Source of the DNA: Candidatus Marinacidobacterales bacterium
Lineage (GTDB): Bacteria; Acidobacteriota; Vicinamibacteria; Marinacidobacterales; SMYC01
Direction of reading: 5' to 3'
NCBI GenBank assembly: GCA_965224085.1
Contig: CBDCYI010000005.1
Coordinates: 1,536,001 to 1,600,000 of the forward strand
DNA length: 64,000 nucleotides
The notes under the pieces are model-generated. The model made no database searches and was not told the origin of the DNA. It saw only the letters and a list, made by a program, of their open reading frames with translations. A program made the translations under genes and the position numbers. The first letter of the stretch is position 1. Each line of letters starts with the position of its first letter. Shown here piece after piece: positions 1 through 9,059 of the stretch.

Positions 1-1341
1 GATCAGGAAGCGTGGCTCCCACGGCTCGAGCTTGATCGCGATCTTCAGATTGGCCTCCGCGTCTTTGCGCCACCTGGGATTTTCAGCGAGGGCCCGCGCA
101 AGAAGGTGATAGCGCGCGGGGATAGGCTCGCCATCGAGCTCGATCGACTCGCGGCAGAGCTCGATCGTTCTCCAAAAATCCGCCTCCCTGAACGCGCGCT
201 TCGCTTGGTTGAAAAGGCCCGTCGCCCTTTCCGGATCTTTCGCCCGCTCCCATCCCGAAGGCTCCATTTTCTCCGAGGCAACGTTTTCCCATCCTTGCTT
301 GCCTTCCTGGTATTGATTCTCGTGCTCATCGAGCTCGCTATAGACGTTGGCCGAGGTCTGCGATGAGAGCGTCAGGTAAGCTTCTTTGACACGCGTCCTC
401 ACGAAAGAGAGCTTCTCTTGAAAAACTTCGTCGGCAACGTGCTCCCACTGTTCGGGATCGAAACGGTGAAAGAGCTCGCTATAGGCAGCCTCGACCGCAT
501 GGTAGCCCACGTCACGCGCCAAGCCGAGGACTTGCCAGTGGTTCTGACACTGCATGTCGTTGTAGATAGCGATAAGCTCCCTCTCGAACGGATCCGAGCC
601 TTCCGAGCTCTTCACGGGTTGCGGTCCGGCGACCGGCTCTTCCTGCGGTTTGCGCTCCGTGTGGGCTACGACGCCGGCCTGATGGAGCGCGATCAAGATG
701 CGGATCGTCTGCTCTTCTTCGACCGGCGACGCGGTGACGATGTCGCGGACGGCATGGGCTCCGTCGACGAGGTCCAATATCGTCGCCTCACTCGTCGAAA
801 GCTCCATCCCCGATGCGAGGGCTAGAGCGCCATCCGTCTGCGTGAGCAAGTAGTCGTCGAGCAAGATTTCGTCGCGATAGAACTTCAAGTCGGGAAGCCG
901 CTGGACGGCCGTCAGAAATACCGCGCCGATCGAGATCGGTGAGAGCGTCGTCGCTTCGACTTCCAGAATCTCCGAGAAGACGAGCCGCGTGGACGGGGAC
1001 TTCAGAGCGGCGCAAGCGATGTCGAGAATTTGTACGCGGACATATTTTTCGATCTCGCCAGTCTTCAAGTAGCCGAGCTCGACAAGAATCGCCCCGAGTT
1101 TGCGCCCGGTGCGGACGAAGTCGAGGGCCTTGTCGAGCTCGGCCTCAGTGATGCGCCCCTCGCGGACGAGGACGGAGCCGAGCCGAGCTTCAGCAAGGTT
1201 CGACCGCGCGCCGACGAGATCCCCGTTCTCGAAGAAAACAAGACGCTTGGCTTCGGGGCTGTCACAAACAAGAGCCCCTTTTTTCGCGCCGTCGAACGCA
1301 CTCCGCATGGCGCGGGCGACTTTAGCATTGAACTCACTCAA
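1..1341 (-). CDS. DUF4388-like / J-like domain / TPR protein, partial (runs off the left edge)
   Basis: Manual translation from TTG 1341, open to base 1 (missing from ORF track because there is no stop): ...LVFFENGDLVGARSN..RLGSVLVREGRIT..KLGAILVELGYL.., then NHWQVLGL..FHRFDPE (J-like), then TPR-like YHLLARALAENPRWRKDAE. Confidence 0.7.
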   Translation of the reverse strand, partial: MSEFNAKVARAMRSAFDGAKKGALVCDSPEAKRLVFFENGDLVGARSNLAEARLGSVLVREGRITEAELDKALDFVRTGRKLGAILVELGYLKTGEIEKYVRVQILDIACAALKSPSTRLVFSEILEVEATTLSPISIGAVFLTAVQRLPDLKFYRDEILLDDYLLTQTDGALALASGMELSTSEATILDLVDGAHAVRDIVTASPVEEEQTIRILIALHQAGVVAHTERKPQEEPVAGPQPVKSSEGSDPFERELIAIYNDMQCQNHWQVLGLARDVGYHAVEAAYSELFHRFDPEQWEHVADEVFQEKLSFVRTRVKEAYLTLSSQTSANVYSELDEHENQYQEGKQGWENVASEKMEPSGWERAKDPERATGLFNQAKRAFREADFWRTIELCRESIELDGEPIPARYHLLARALAENPRWRKDAEANLKIAIKLEPWEPRFLI

Positions 1342-1481
1342 TAAGGGATCTCCCAACCTCGACAGTGCAATTTCCGGGCCAGCAAGAGAGACCCACCGGC
1401 AGGATTAACCGTTTTGTTTTTTGTGAGATACGATTGCCAAGCGGTGGCGTCGCAAGCACGGTGGGGCGAAAGCCCCACACC

Positions 1482-1928
1482 TCAGTCGTTCGTCGCACGC
1501 CAGAGCTTCACGCGCTCCGGTGTGATCTTGATGACAGGGCGCTGGCCGATACCGGAGCTCTGGTATTGCGGGTATCGGGCGCGGAGCTTCCGCACGACCT
1601 CGGCATGCTCTTTCGCGAAGCGGCCCCGGGGAGACAGCGTCTCCGCCACTCCAGATATGAGAATATAGCAGAGGGCCGTCCAATCGGCCTCGTAGTGATC
1701 GATGACGAGCGAAACGGCCGGGTTTGCCTCGATATTGCGGAGCCGCTTCAAGCGTCCCCAAGAGACACTCTTTCGTTTCTCGTCGATCGGCGAGTAGAAA
1801 TAGCCGTCGAGGAGCACGAAACAAACAGGCACGACCGATGGACGACCACGTGCATCGGCCGTCGCGAGGCGCGCCACGAGCTGTCGTTTCACGAAGGCAA
1901 CCACTTCGGGCTCGATGGCGACAGGCAT
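1482..1928 (-). CDS. PPOX-class F420-dependent oxidoreductase-like protein (Rv0121 type)
   Basis: VARLATADARGRPSVVPVCF, IDEKRK, RLRNIEANPAVSLVIDHYEADW. Confidence 0.85.
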   Translation of the reverse strand: MPVAIEPEVVAFVKRQLVARLATADARGRPSVVPVCFVLLDGYFYSPIDEKRKSVSWGRLKRLRNIEANPAVSLVIDHYEADWTALCYILISGVAETLSPRGRFAKEHAEVVRKLRARYPQYQSSGIGQRPVIKITPERVKLWRATND

Positions 1929-2068
1929 GGACTTGAGTGCCTATAATGGCGACGCGGCGACGCGACGTCAATGAGAAGCTCGAGAGAAGCGAGAAAGAGT
2001 TGGCGCGGCAAACGAACGCTTGCCCGTGGCCGCGAGTCGTTTTGGAGCCCGTTGAACATTTGTTCGAG

Positions 2069-2491
2069 ATGAGACGTTTTGGGTCCTTGGCCGCTTTTGC
2101 ACTCGCGGTGGTCATCGATGCTAGCGGTTGTGCTGGCGGAGGGAGCCCCATGCCTACAGGCCCTTCAGCGGTCTTGGCCGAAGTCGAGTTCGCGTACGAG
2201 GCTATCTCTTCGTCCACGGACACATTGTCCACCGAGGACCTCGGGTGCTCCGGCGTCGCGCGCATCTATCCGAGTTGGTGGGGCTTCACCCACGCGACGA
2301 TGATCCCGGCCGGGCCGGGAAATTGGGCGGCGCTATTCGAGGATGTCCCCGTCGGCCAGCAATCGGTTAGCATCGAGCCACCCATCGGCTGTGCCACCAC
2401 GGGTCTCACGGCGAACGCCTTGCCGTTGAAACTTGCGGAGAACGGCGCGTTCACGTTCACCGTCCACCCCGACGGCAGTGTCACCGACTGA
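2069..2491 (+). CDS. hypothetical exported/lipoprotein
   Basis: MRRFGSLAAFALAVV..SGC signal/lipobox-like N-terminus, then a Gly/Pro linker; ATG 2069 chosen within ORF 1937..2491. Confidence 0.5.
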   Translation: MRRFGSLAAFALAVVIDASGCAGGGSPMPTGPSAVLAEVEFAYEAISSSTDTLSTEDLGCSGVARIYPSWWGFTHATMIPAGPGNWAALFEDVPVGQQSVSIEPPIGCATTGLTANALPLKLAENGAFTFTVHPDGSVTD

Positions 2492-3311
2492 AACGACCGC
2501 GACCGTCTCGGTCGTGATCCCAACTTGCAATCGCGCCGATCTCATCCTGCGCGCGCTCGCGTCGGTACGCGCTCAGACGCGGCCCCCCACCGAAATCCTC
2601 GTCGTAGATGACGGCTCGACCGACGCGACGGTCGATCGTGTCCGCGCCTCGTTTCCCGAGGTGACGCTTCTAGAGCAAGAAAACACAGGTGTCAGTGCGG
2701 CCCGCAATGCCGGAATACAAAAAGCGCGCGGATCTTTCATTGCGCTCCTCGACTCCGACGACGAGTGGCTACCGCAAAAACTAGACCGTCAACTCGGCGC
2801 CATGCAACACGACAACGACACCTTCCTGTGCCACACGGACGAGACCTGGATCCGTGATGGCCGCCGCGTCAACCCGATGAAAAAGCACCAAAAATATGGC
2901 GGGCGCATCTTCGAGCGCTGTCTCCCACGCTGTTTGATCTCGCCCTCCTCCGTGCTTTTGCATCGAAACGTGTTCGAGACGATCGGCCTGTTCGACGAAA
3001 ACCTTCCTGTTTGTGAGGACTACGATCTGTGGCTGCGCGTGACGGCGCGCTATCCCGTTGTCTATCTCGACGAGCCCCTCATCGTGAAATATGGCGGTCA
3101 CGCGGACCAGCTGTCGCACAAATATTGGGGTATGGATCGGTTTCGCATCGCGGCGCTCCTAAAGATCCTCGCAAGCGACGCGCTCGGCGAGCGCGAGCAA
3201 GCTGCCGCGCAAGCCATGCTGGCGAGCAAGATCGCGATTTACGCGCACGGGGCGCGCAAGCGCGGTAAACACGCCGAAGCCGAGCGCTACGAGCAAAGGC
3301 TCGCACGATGA
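2433..3311 (+). CDS. glycosyltransferase family 2
   Basis: VSVVIPTCNR, VVDDGSTD, GVSAARN, LDSDD, EDYDLW; true start may be slightly downstream. Confidence 0.9.
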   Translation: MRRTARSRSPSTPTAVSPTETTATVSVVIPTCNRADLILRALASVRAQTRPPTEILVVDDGSTDATVDRVRASFPEVTLLEQENTGVSAARNAGIQKARGSFIALLDSDDEWLPQKLDRQLGAMQHDNDTFLCHTDETWIRDGRRVNPMKKHQKYGGRIFERCLPRCLISPSSVLLHRNVFETIGLFDENLPVCEDYDLWLRVTARYPVVYLDEPLIVKYGGHADQLSHKYWGMDRFRIAALLKILASDALGEREQAAAQAMLASKIAIYAHGARKRGKHAEAERYEQRLAR

Positions 3312-4123
3312 TCGCCTTCGTCACGGCGGTCGCATCGGAGGCGCGGCCGCTTATCGAGCACTACCGCATGGAGCCTCTCGAGGGCGCGTTTCGTCTCTTC
3401 GGGTCCGAAGGCTACAGGCTCGTCATTTCCGGGATCGGTAAAGTCGCAGCCGCCGCGGCGACGGGTTACGTGCACGCGCGCTCTGGCGAAGCACCTTACG
3501 GAGTCTTCTTGAACGTCGGGATCGCCGGCCATCGAAGCCGCGCGCCCGGAGAGATCTTCCAGACCCACACAGTCCTGGATGCAGCGACGAACGCGGTTTA
3601 CTACCCGACGCTTCTCGGGTTCAAAGAGCTCGAAGGCGCGGCGCTCACGACCGTCGACACGGCTGAGCACGAATTTTCAGCAGACACGCTGTACGACATG
3701 GAAGCCTCCGCGTTCTACGCTGCCGCACTTCGCTTCTCCACTTCGGAGTTCGTCCAATGCCTCAAAGTCGTGAGCGACAATCGCAAGACGGGCACTGGGG
3801 GTGACGGCCTTTCGAAGGAGCACGTGTCGGAGCTCATCGGCACCCATCTGCCGATCATCGACCGATTTGCGGCGCACTCGCTAGCACTCGCCGCGGAGCT
3901 CGACCCGCTGCGGCGACACCCGGAGTCGCTCGAAGGCTTCCAAAATCGGTGGCGGTTCACAACGAGCGAGAAACGTCAGCTCTCCAGGCTCCTGACCCGT
4001 TGTCTCGCCCTCGGCGACCGGCCGCGTCCCGAAGACTACGACGCCGTCCCCAAAGCGTCGATCGTGTTGCGCGAGCTCGATGGACGCGCGCGGGCTTTGG
4101 CTCTCGAAGAGCATGGGTTCTGA
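3308..4123 (+). CDS. nucleoside phosphorylase / MTA-SAH nucleosidase fold protein
   Basis: SGIGKVAAA, NVGIAG, YDMEASA, KVVSD motifs; ATGA overlap with the GT2 gene. Confidence 0.8.
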   Translation: MIAFVTAVASEARPLIEHYRMEPLEGAFRLFGSEGYRLVISGIGKVAAAAATGYVHARSGEAPYGVFLNVGIAGHRSRAPGEIFQTHTVLDAATNAVYYPTLLGFKELEGAALTTVDTAEHEFSADTLYDMEASAFYAAALRFSTSEFVQCLKVVSDNRKTGTGGDGLSKEHVSELIGTHLPIIDRFAAHSLALAAELDPLRRHPESLEGFQNRWRFTTSEKRQLSRLLTRCLALGDRPRPEDYDAVPKASIVLRELDGRARALALEEHGF

Positions 4124-4126
4124 CGC

Positions 4127-4849
4127 GTGCCGCTGGATTTGATCGGAGCCTCCGCAGTCGTCATGGCGGGAGCGATCCTTCAAGGCTCAGTGGGTTTCGG
4201 TCTCGGCATGCTAGCCGCTCCGCTTCTCGTCTTGATCGATCCCAAGCTCGTGCCGGCGCCGCTTCTTCTCGCCGTGCTTGCGCTCACCCTTCTTGTCGCG
4301 TTCGGCGAGCGCGACTCGATCGACCTGAAGGGCGTTGGCTGGGCACTCGTCGGGCGTATCCCTGGAACCTTGATAGGTGCTGCCACGCTGACGGTGGCGT
4401 CACGAGACGCCACGACCATCCTCGTCGGTATCTTCGTCTTCGTTGCCATCGGCCTCATTGGCTCGGGCGTGAACCTCTCGCGAACACCGCCCGTGCTCTT
4501 TTTTGCGGGCACTTTGTCCGGGTTCATGGGAACGACGACGTCGATCGGGGGGCCTCCCATCGTGGCGCTGTATCACAATGAACCAGGCGCCGAAATACGC
4601 GCGACGATGGCCAGCTTTTTCATGGTCGGCCTCGTCGTGTCGCTGAGCGCGCTCGCCTTCGTGGGCCGCTTCGGGATCGAGGAGCTCTATGCCGGCGGCT
4701 TTCTTCTCCCTGGGGTCATCGCAGGCTTCGCGCTCTCGCGACGGATCACGCCTACCCTCGATCGCGGCTATACGCGGATCGCCGTGTTCTCAGTTTCCGC
4801 GCTCGCGGGCCTTTCGGTCATCGTCCAGGTGCTGGACAAAAATTCGTGA
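4127..4849 (+). CDS. TauE/SafE family membrane exporter
   Basis: QGSVGFGLG and GTTTSIGGPP repeats, about 8 hydrophobic segments. Confidence 0.85.
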   Translation: MPLDLIGASAVVMAGAILQGSVGFGLGMLAAPLLVLIDPKLVPAPLLLAVLALTLLVAFGERDSIDLKGVGWALVGRIPGTLIGAATLTVASRDATTILVGIFVFVAIGLIGSGVNLSRTPPVLFFAGTLSGFMGTTTSIGGPPIVALYHNEPGAEIRATMASFFMVGLVVSLSALAFVGRFGIEELYAGGFLLPGVIAGFALSRRITPTLDRGYTRIAVFSVSALAGLSVIVQVLDKNS

Positions 4850-5835
4850 TCGAGACGATTTATGTCGAAGAGGCGCAACGCGCGCATCCCCGGGTGCGCA
4901 CCATCCTCGCACGCTTCGCAAAAGCGACGATCGTACCCATCACGCGCTACGGCGAAGTCTTCAACCGCAACCAACAAAGCTTCCGGCTTCAAAAAAAACA
5001 CCCATCTCTGATCCTCGCCGAGAAAAAGAGCAACCAAGTCCTACCCGCTCCCGAAGGCTACGGCATCGGAAGCGCCGCAAACTTCTATTTTTCGCACGTG
5101 CTCAACTGCCTCTACGACTGCCGCTATTGTTTTCTTCAAGGGATGTTCCGCTCGGCGCATTACGTTCTCTTCGTGAACTATGAGGACTTCCAGCAGAGAA
5201 TCGCCGAAACGGTCGAGGCACATCCAGGGGAAGACGTCTACTTCTTTTCCGGCTATGACGGCGACAGCCTCGCGCTCGAGAGCATCACTGGTTTCGTCGA
5301 AGCGTTCGTGCCCTTCATGGCGCGGCATCCGCGCGCGGTTCTCGAGCTGCGCACCAAATCCGCAGCGGTGCAGCCGCTGCTCGACCATGAGCCCCTCGAA
5401 AACGTCGTCGTGGCTTTCAGCTTCACTCCCGACGCCGCCAGCGAAGCGCTCGAGCACGGCGTGCCTCCCATTACTGTACGTCTAAAGGCGATGGCCCGCC
5501 TCGCCGAAAAGGGCTTCCGACTCGGGCTGCGTTTCGATCCGTTGCTCTACGTCAAAGACTACCGGGATCACTATCGTGGTCTTTTCCATAGCGTGCTGGG
5601 CGCCATCGACGTGGACGCGCTCCACTCGGTGAGCTTCGGGCCGTTCAGGATGCCGCGCGATTATTTCCAGCGCATGCGAAAACTCTATCCCGAGGAGAAG
5701 CTCTTTGCGGGTCCGCTCGAAGAGTCGCAGGTGGTGTCCTATCCGAGCGAGCTCGAGGCCGAGATGCGCGCGTTTTGCGAAGAGGAGCTGTCGCAGCTCG
5801 TGCCCGCGTCTATCCTCTTCCCGTGTCGTGTTTAA
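4846..5835 (+). CDS. spore photoproduct lyase (SplB)-like radical SAM protein
   Basis: NCLYDCRYCFLQG (CxxxCxxC), ELRTKS, RFDP motifs. Confidence 0.85.
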   Translation: MIETIYVEEAQRAHPRVRTILARFAKATIVPITRYGEVFNRNQQSFRLQKKHPSLILAEKKSNQVLPAPEGYGIGSAANFYFSHVLNCLYDCRYCFLQGMFRSAHYVLFVNYEDFQQRIAETVEAHPGEDVYFFSGYDGDSLALESITGFVEAFVPFMARHPRAVLELRTKSAAVQPLLDHEPLENVVVAFSFTPDAASEALEHGVPPITVRLKAMARLAEKGFRLGLRFDPLLYVKDYRDHYRGLFHSVLGAIDVDALHSVSFGPFRMPRDYFQRMRKLYPEEKLFAGPLEESQVVSYPSELEAEMRAFCEEELSQLVPASILFPCRV

Positions 5836-5841
5836 CGGGAG

Positions 5842-5968
5842 TGTCCGCGGCAGAACAAAAAACTGTCCTAAAGCGTACAGATCCTTTACGGGCTATACCA
5901 CATTACAATCCATAACTGATTTGTTTTCAGTATTTTGCACAAATTGAATCGGTGGCATGGAAGTTGTA
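5842..5968 (+). promoter_or_regulatory. putative sigma-54 promoter with two upstream enhancer-like sites
   Basis: TGGCAT-GGAAG-TTGTA at 5953-5968 (-24/-12); TGT-N10-ACA at 5842-5857 and 5864-5879; AT-rich IHF-like stretch between. Confidence 0.5.
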
Positions 5969-5983
5969 TAGGTCTACCCTATC

Positions 5984-6265
5984 GTGAGAGACCAACCGGG
6001 ACCGTGGGCCGCGATCGCGCTGGTTCTGCTGGCCGTTTTGTCAACGCCAGCGGCGGCTCAAGTCGACCTCATATGCCCCGGTTGTGAAGCGGCTTCCGTT
6101 CTTCGTCTCTCCGAGGTACTCGATCTCGTTTTTGGGACGCTGCTCCGGCAAGGCATTGCGCTCTTGCTCGTAGGTTCAGTAGCCGTCGTCGCGCTCCCGT
6201 GGACCATCGCCGCAGCGGCCATGGCAGTCATTTACGTCCCCCGCCGGCTCAAGCCTTCGTCTTGA
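5984..6265 (+). CDS. small hypothetical membrane protein with CxxC
   Basis: 93 aa: signal-like AAA-Q, LICPGC, C-terminal hydrophobic helices; lies just after the promoter. Confidence 0.45.
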   Translation: MRDQPGPWAAIALVLLAVLSTPAAAQVDLICPGCEAASVLRLSEVLDLVFGTLLRQGIALLLVGSVAVVALPWTIAAAAMAVIYVPRRLKPSS

Positions 6266-6269
6266 CGGC

Positions 6270-6425
6270 TTGGAAGCGCTCGAAGAGCTCGGCGTGACCG
6301 TACTCGGGAGCGAATATGGGGAGCGTGTGGAGCTCTCCTTGCGCCTGCCGGAAGACCGGTGGCTCCAAATCTCGAAATCCCTTCTCGAGCGGACAAGTGG
6401 GCGCGCGAAACTCGTTGCGGTATAG
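6270..6425 (+). pseudogene. C-terminal remnant of a YigZ/IMPACT family protein (DUF1949-like)
   Basis: Manual translation LEALEELGVTVLGSEYGERVELSLRLPEDRW..ERTSGRAKLVAV*; no N-terminal domain. Confidence 0.45.
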
Positions 6426-6485
6426 TTAGGCGCTCCGCGCTACCGTTGCTAGCTCAGTGCTAGCCCCGAATCGACAGGAGACCAC

Positions 6486-7013
6486 ATGAAGAGCTACCTC
6501 CCCTTCGTTTTTGCGCTCGGAACCGCCCTTTGCTGGGGCCTCTACGGCCCGACGCTCGGCAAGGCACGGCTCGCCGACGCCTCCCTCTCGCCGTTCAAGC
6601 CCTATGTCGGGATCGGCATCGCCTATCTCGTCATCGCCATCGTGGGCGGGCTCATCGGGATGTGGTACAAGGGCGATAGCTTCGAGCCGACGGGGGCCAG
6701 TGGGCTCTGGGGACTCGCCGCCGGCACGCTCGGAGCTCTCGGCGCGTTGAGTCTCACATTGTGCATGTTCAGCGGCGGCGCGCGCATCCCCCATGCGGTG
6801 ATGCCCGTCGTCTTCGGCGGAGCTGTGACCATCACAGCGCTTTATACGATCTATTCGTCCGGGGGTAGGCTTCAGGCAAGCCCCTTTCTTTGGCTCGGCA
6901 TCGTCGGCATGCTCGCCTCTGTCGTCGTGATTACGATGAACACCCCCCATGCGCCGCCGAGTGGCGGAGCCACTCAGCACAGTCCGGCGGAAAGCGCTGA
7001 ATCGGAACATTGA
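6486..7013 (+). CDS. DMT/EamA-like small membrane protein
   Basis: AGGAG RBS; five hydrophobic segments, LCWGLYGP, VMPVVFGGA. Confidence 0.7.
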   Translation: MKSYLPFVFALGTALCWGLYGPTLGKARLADASLSPFKPYVGIGIAYLVIAIVGGLIGMWYKGDSFEPTGASGLWGLAAGTLGALGALSLTLCMFSGGARIPHAVMPVVFGGAVTITALYTIYSSGGRLQASPFLWLGIVGMLASVVVITMNTPHAPPSGGATQHSPAESAESEH

Positions 7014-7672
7014 GCGAGCGGCGCAACCTCTACTGCTGGTTCGACACCGAATATACCCGTCTCGAGCTCGAAACCGCGCAGCTCCTCGAGGTCGCCCTCA
7101 TCGTGACGGACACCGAGCTCCGTCCGATCCCGCAGCGACCCAAGGCTATTCCGCAGGAGCTTGTGAGGCGTGACGGCTTCACCGCCTGCTTGACGCTGCC
7201 GCCCCAAGCAGAGATCTCGGAACACGTGCTCGAGAACTATCAACCGCTTCTCGCGCGCTGCAAGAGTGAGGGTCTTCCGGTCTCCGAGATCGAGCGCTAT
7301 CTTGCGCTCTACATGGACGCGTTTCCGGAGACGCGCGATGAAGACATCCGATCGCGACCGGTCATCGCCGGCAACAGTATCTACGCCGACTACTTCCTGG
7401 CGCGAAAATTTCTACCCGAGTTCCTGTCCCATCTGAGCTACCGGCATCTTGACGTCACCTCGCTGAAGATCGAATGGACGTTTCATCATCGTGGTCCGCG
7501 ATTCGAAAAGATGGGTCACCCAGACAAGATCAAAGCCTATTATCGGGGCCAAGACGACATCGTCGGCGACAAGCACGATGCTTATTTCGACGTGCAGGCG
7601 TCAATGGCCGAGCTCGCCTATTACCGGTCACGGTTTAGGCGCATTGAGAGTGACGAGGGACGCGTGAAATGA
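7010..7672 (+). CDS. orn: oligoribonuclease-like DEDDh exonuclease
   Basis: WFDTEYT, IAGNSIYAD, LSYRHLDVTS, HDAYFDV..ELAYYR. Confidence 0.7.
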   Translation: MSERRNLYCWFDTEYTRLELETAQLLEVALIVTDTELRPIPQRPKAIPQELVRRDGFTACLTLPPQAEISEHVLENYQPLLARCKSEGLPVSEIERYLALYMDAFPETRDEDIRSRPVIAGNSIYADYFLARKFLPEFLSHLSYRHLDVTSLKIEWTFHHRGPRFEKMGHPDKIKAYYRGQDDIVGDKHDAYFDVQASMAELAYYRSRFRRIESDEGRVK

Positions 7673-9051
7673 ACATCATCGACGAGCGCCACGAAACGTC
7701 GATACCGCTTCGCCCGATCCAAAAGGACGCGCTATCGAGCTGGCTCGAAACCCAGCCCGCCGCAGTGAAGCGATGGGTCGAGAGTCTGGGGTTCGAAGCG
7801 AGCGCAGCGAACGCCGGACGGAGTCTGGCGATCCCGGACGAGCACGGCAATATTCGCGAAGTGCTCTTTCTCGTCGGCGACAGCTTGTGGGACTGGTCGA
7901 CGCTTCCAAACGATCTTCCCGCCCATGCTTACCACGTCGATGCAGAGCTCACAGAAGACGAATCGAACCGCGCGGCCCTCGGTTGGGCGCTCGGCACGTA
8001 TCGCTTCGATCGCATGCGCGCCTCCAAAGAGAAAGAGCACGGCGAGCTCGCATGGCCCGAGGGATGCGATCGAGCTCACGTAGAATCCGTGGCCCGCGCG
8101 ACTTTTCTCGTGCGCGACCTCATCAACACACCCGCCTCCGACATGGGACCGGCCGATCTCGCCGAGTCTGCGAAAGCCGCGGCGGATGACGGCGGGGCAA
8201 CGACTCGCATCCTCGTCGGCGAGAAGCTCCTCGACAAAGGATTCCCCGCGATCCACGCGGTTGGTCGCGCCGCAGCGCCCGACCGTGCCCCGCGCCTCAT
8301 CGATTTCACTTGGGGGGACGGCGAAAGTCCCAAGGTGACGCTCGTCGGTAAAGGCGTGTGCTTCGACAGCGGCGGACTCGATTTGAAGCCGGCCGCCAAC
8401 ATGAAGCTCATGAAAAAGGACATGGGCGGTGGCGCGCATGTCCTTGGGCTCGCGAGCATGATCATGGACGCAAAGCTTCCCGTGCGTCTGCGGGTGCTCA
8501 TCCCTGCTGTCGAGAACAGCGTGAGCAGCGACGCCTTGCGACCGCTCGACGTCGTGCCCACCCGCAAAGGCATCAGCATCGAGATTGGCAACACGGATGC
8601 CGAAGGTCGCGTCATTCTGGCGGACGCGCTCGCAGAGGCATCGAGCGACGAGCCGGATTTGATCGTGGACTTCGCAACGCTGACGGGCGCCGCTCGAGTG
8701 GCGCTCGGCACCGAGCTCCCGGCGTTCTACACGAACGATGACGACATCGCCGAAGCGCTCGCCAAGCACGGCACCCACGTGTCGGACCCACTCTGGCGCA
8801 TGCCGCTATTTAAGCCCTACCGCAAGCTCATCGACGGCAAAGTCGCCGACATCACGAACTCTGCCAACACATCACTCGGTGGCTCGATCACGGCCGCCTT
8901 GTTCCTTCAAGAGTTCGTCGAGCCCGAGATCCCGTGGGTGCATATCGACCTGATGGCCTGGAACACGAGCTCGCGCCCCGGCCGACCGGAGGGTGGTGAA
9001 GCGATGGGGATGCGCGCCGTCTACGCGCTCATCGCCGAGCGTTTCACTTGA
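7669..9051 (+). CDS. leucyl aminopeptidase (M17, PepB-like)
   Basis: LVGKGVCFDSGG, MKKDMGG, NTDAEGR. Confidence 0.95.
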   Translation: MNIIDERHETSIPLRPIQKDALSSWLETQPAAVKRWVESLGFEASAANAGRSLAIPDEHGNIREVLFLVGDSLWDWSTLPNDLPAHAYHVDAELTEDESNRAALGWALGTYRFDRMRASKEKEHGELAWPEGCDRAHVESVARATFLVRDLINTPASDMGPADLAESAKAAADDGGATTRILVGEKLLDKGFPAIHAVGRAAAPDRAPRLIDFTWGDGESPKVTLVGKGVCFDSGGLDLKPAANMKLMKKDMGGGAHVLGLASMIMDAKLPVRLRVLIPAVENSVSSDALRPLDVVPTRKGISIEIGNTDAEGRVILADALAEASSDEPDLIVDFATLTGAARVALGTELPAFYTNDDDIAEALAKHGTHVSDPLWRMPLFKPYRKLIDGKVADITNSANTSLGGSITAALFLQEFVEPEIPWVHIDLMAWNTSSRPGRPEGGEAMGMRAVYALIAERFT

Positions 9052-9059
9052 GAAAGCGT

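Noticed and set aside
7732-8778. Long antisense ORFs (this one, and e.g. 9741-10922, 37550-38629, 42164-43351, 44250-45551)
   Set aside because: Shadows of well-supported genes on the opposite strand in high-GC DNA; no motifs
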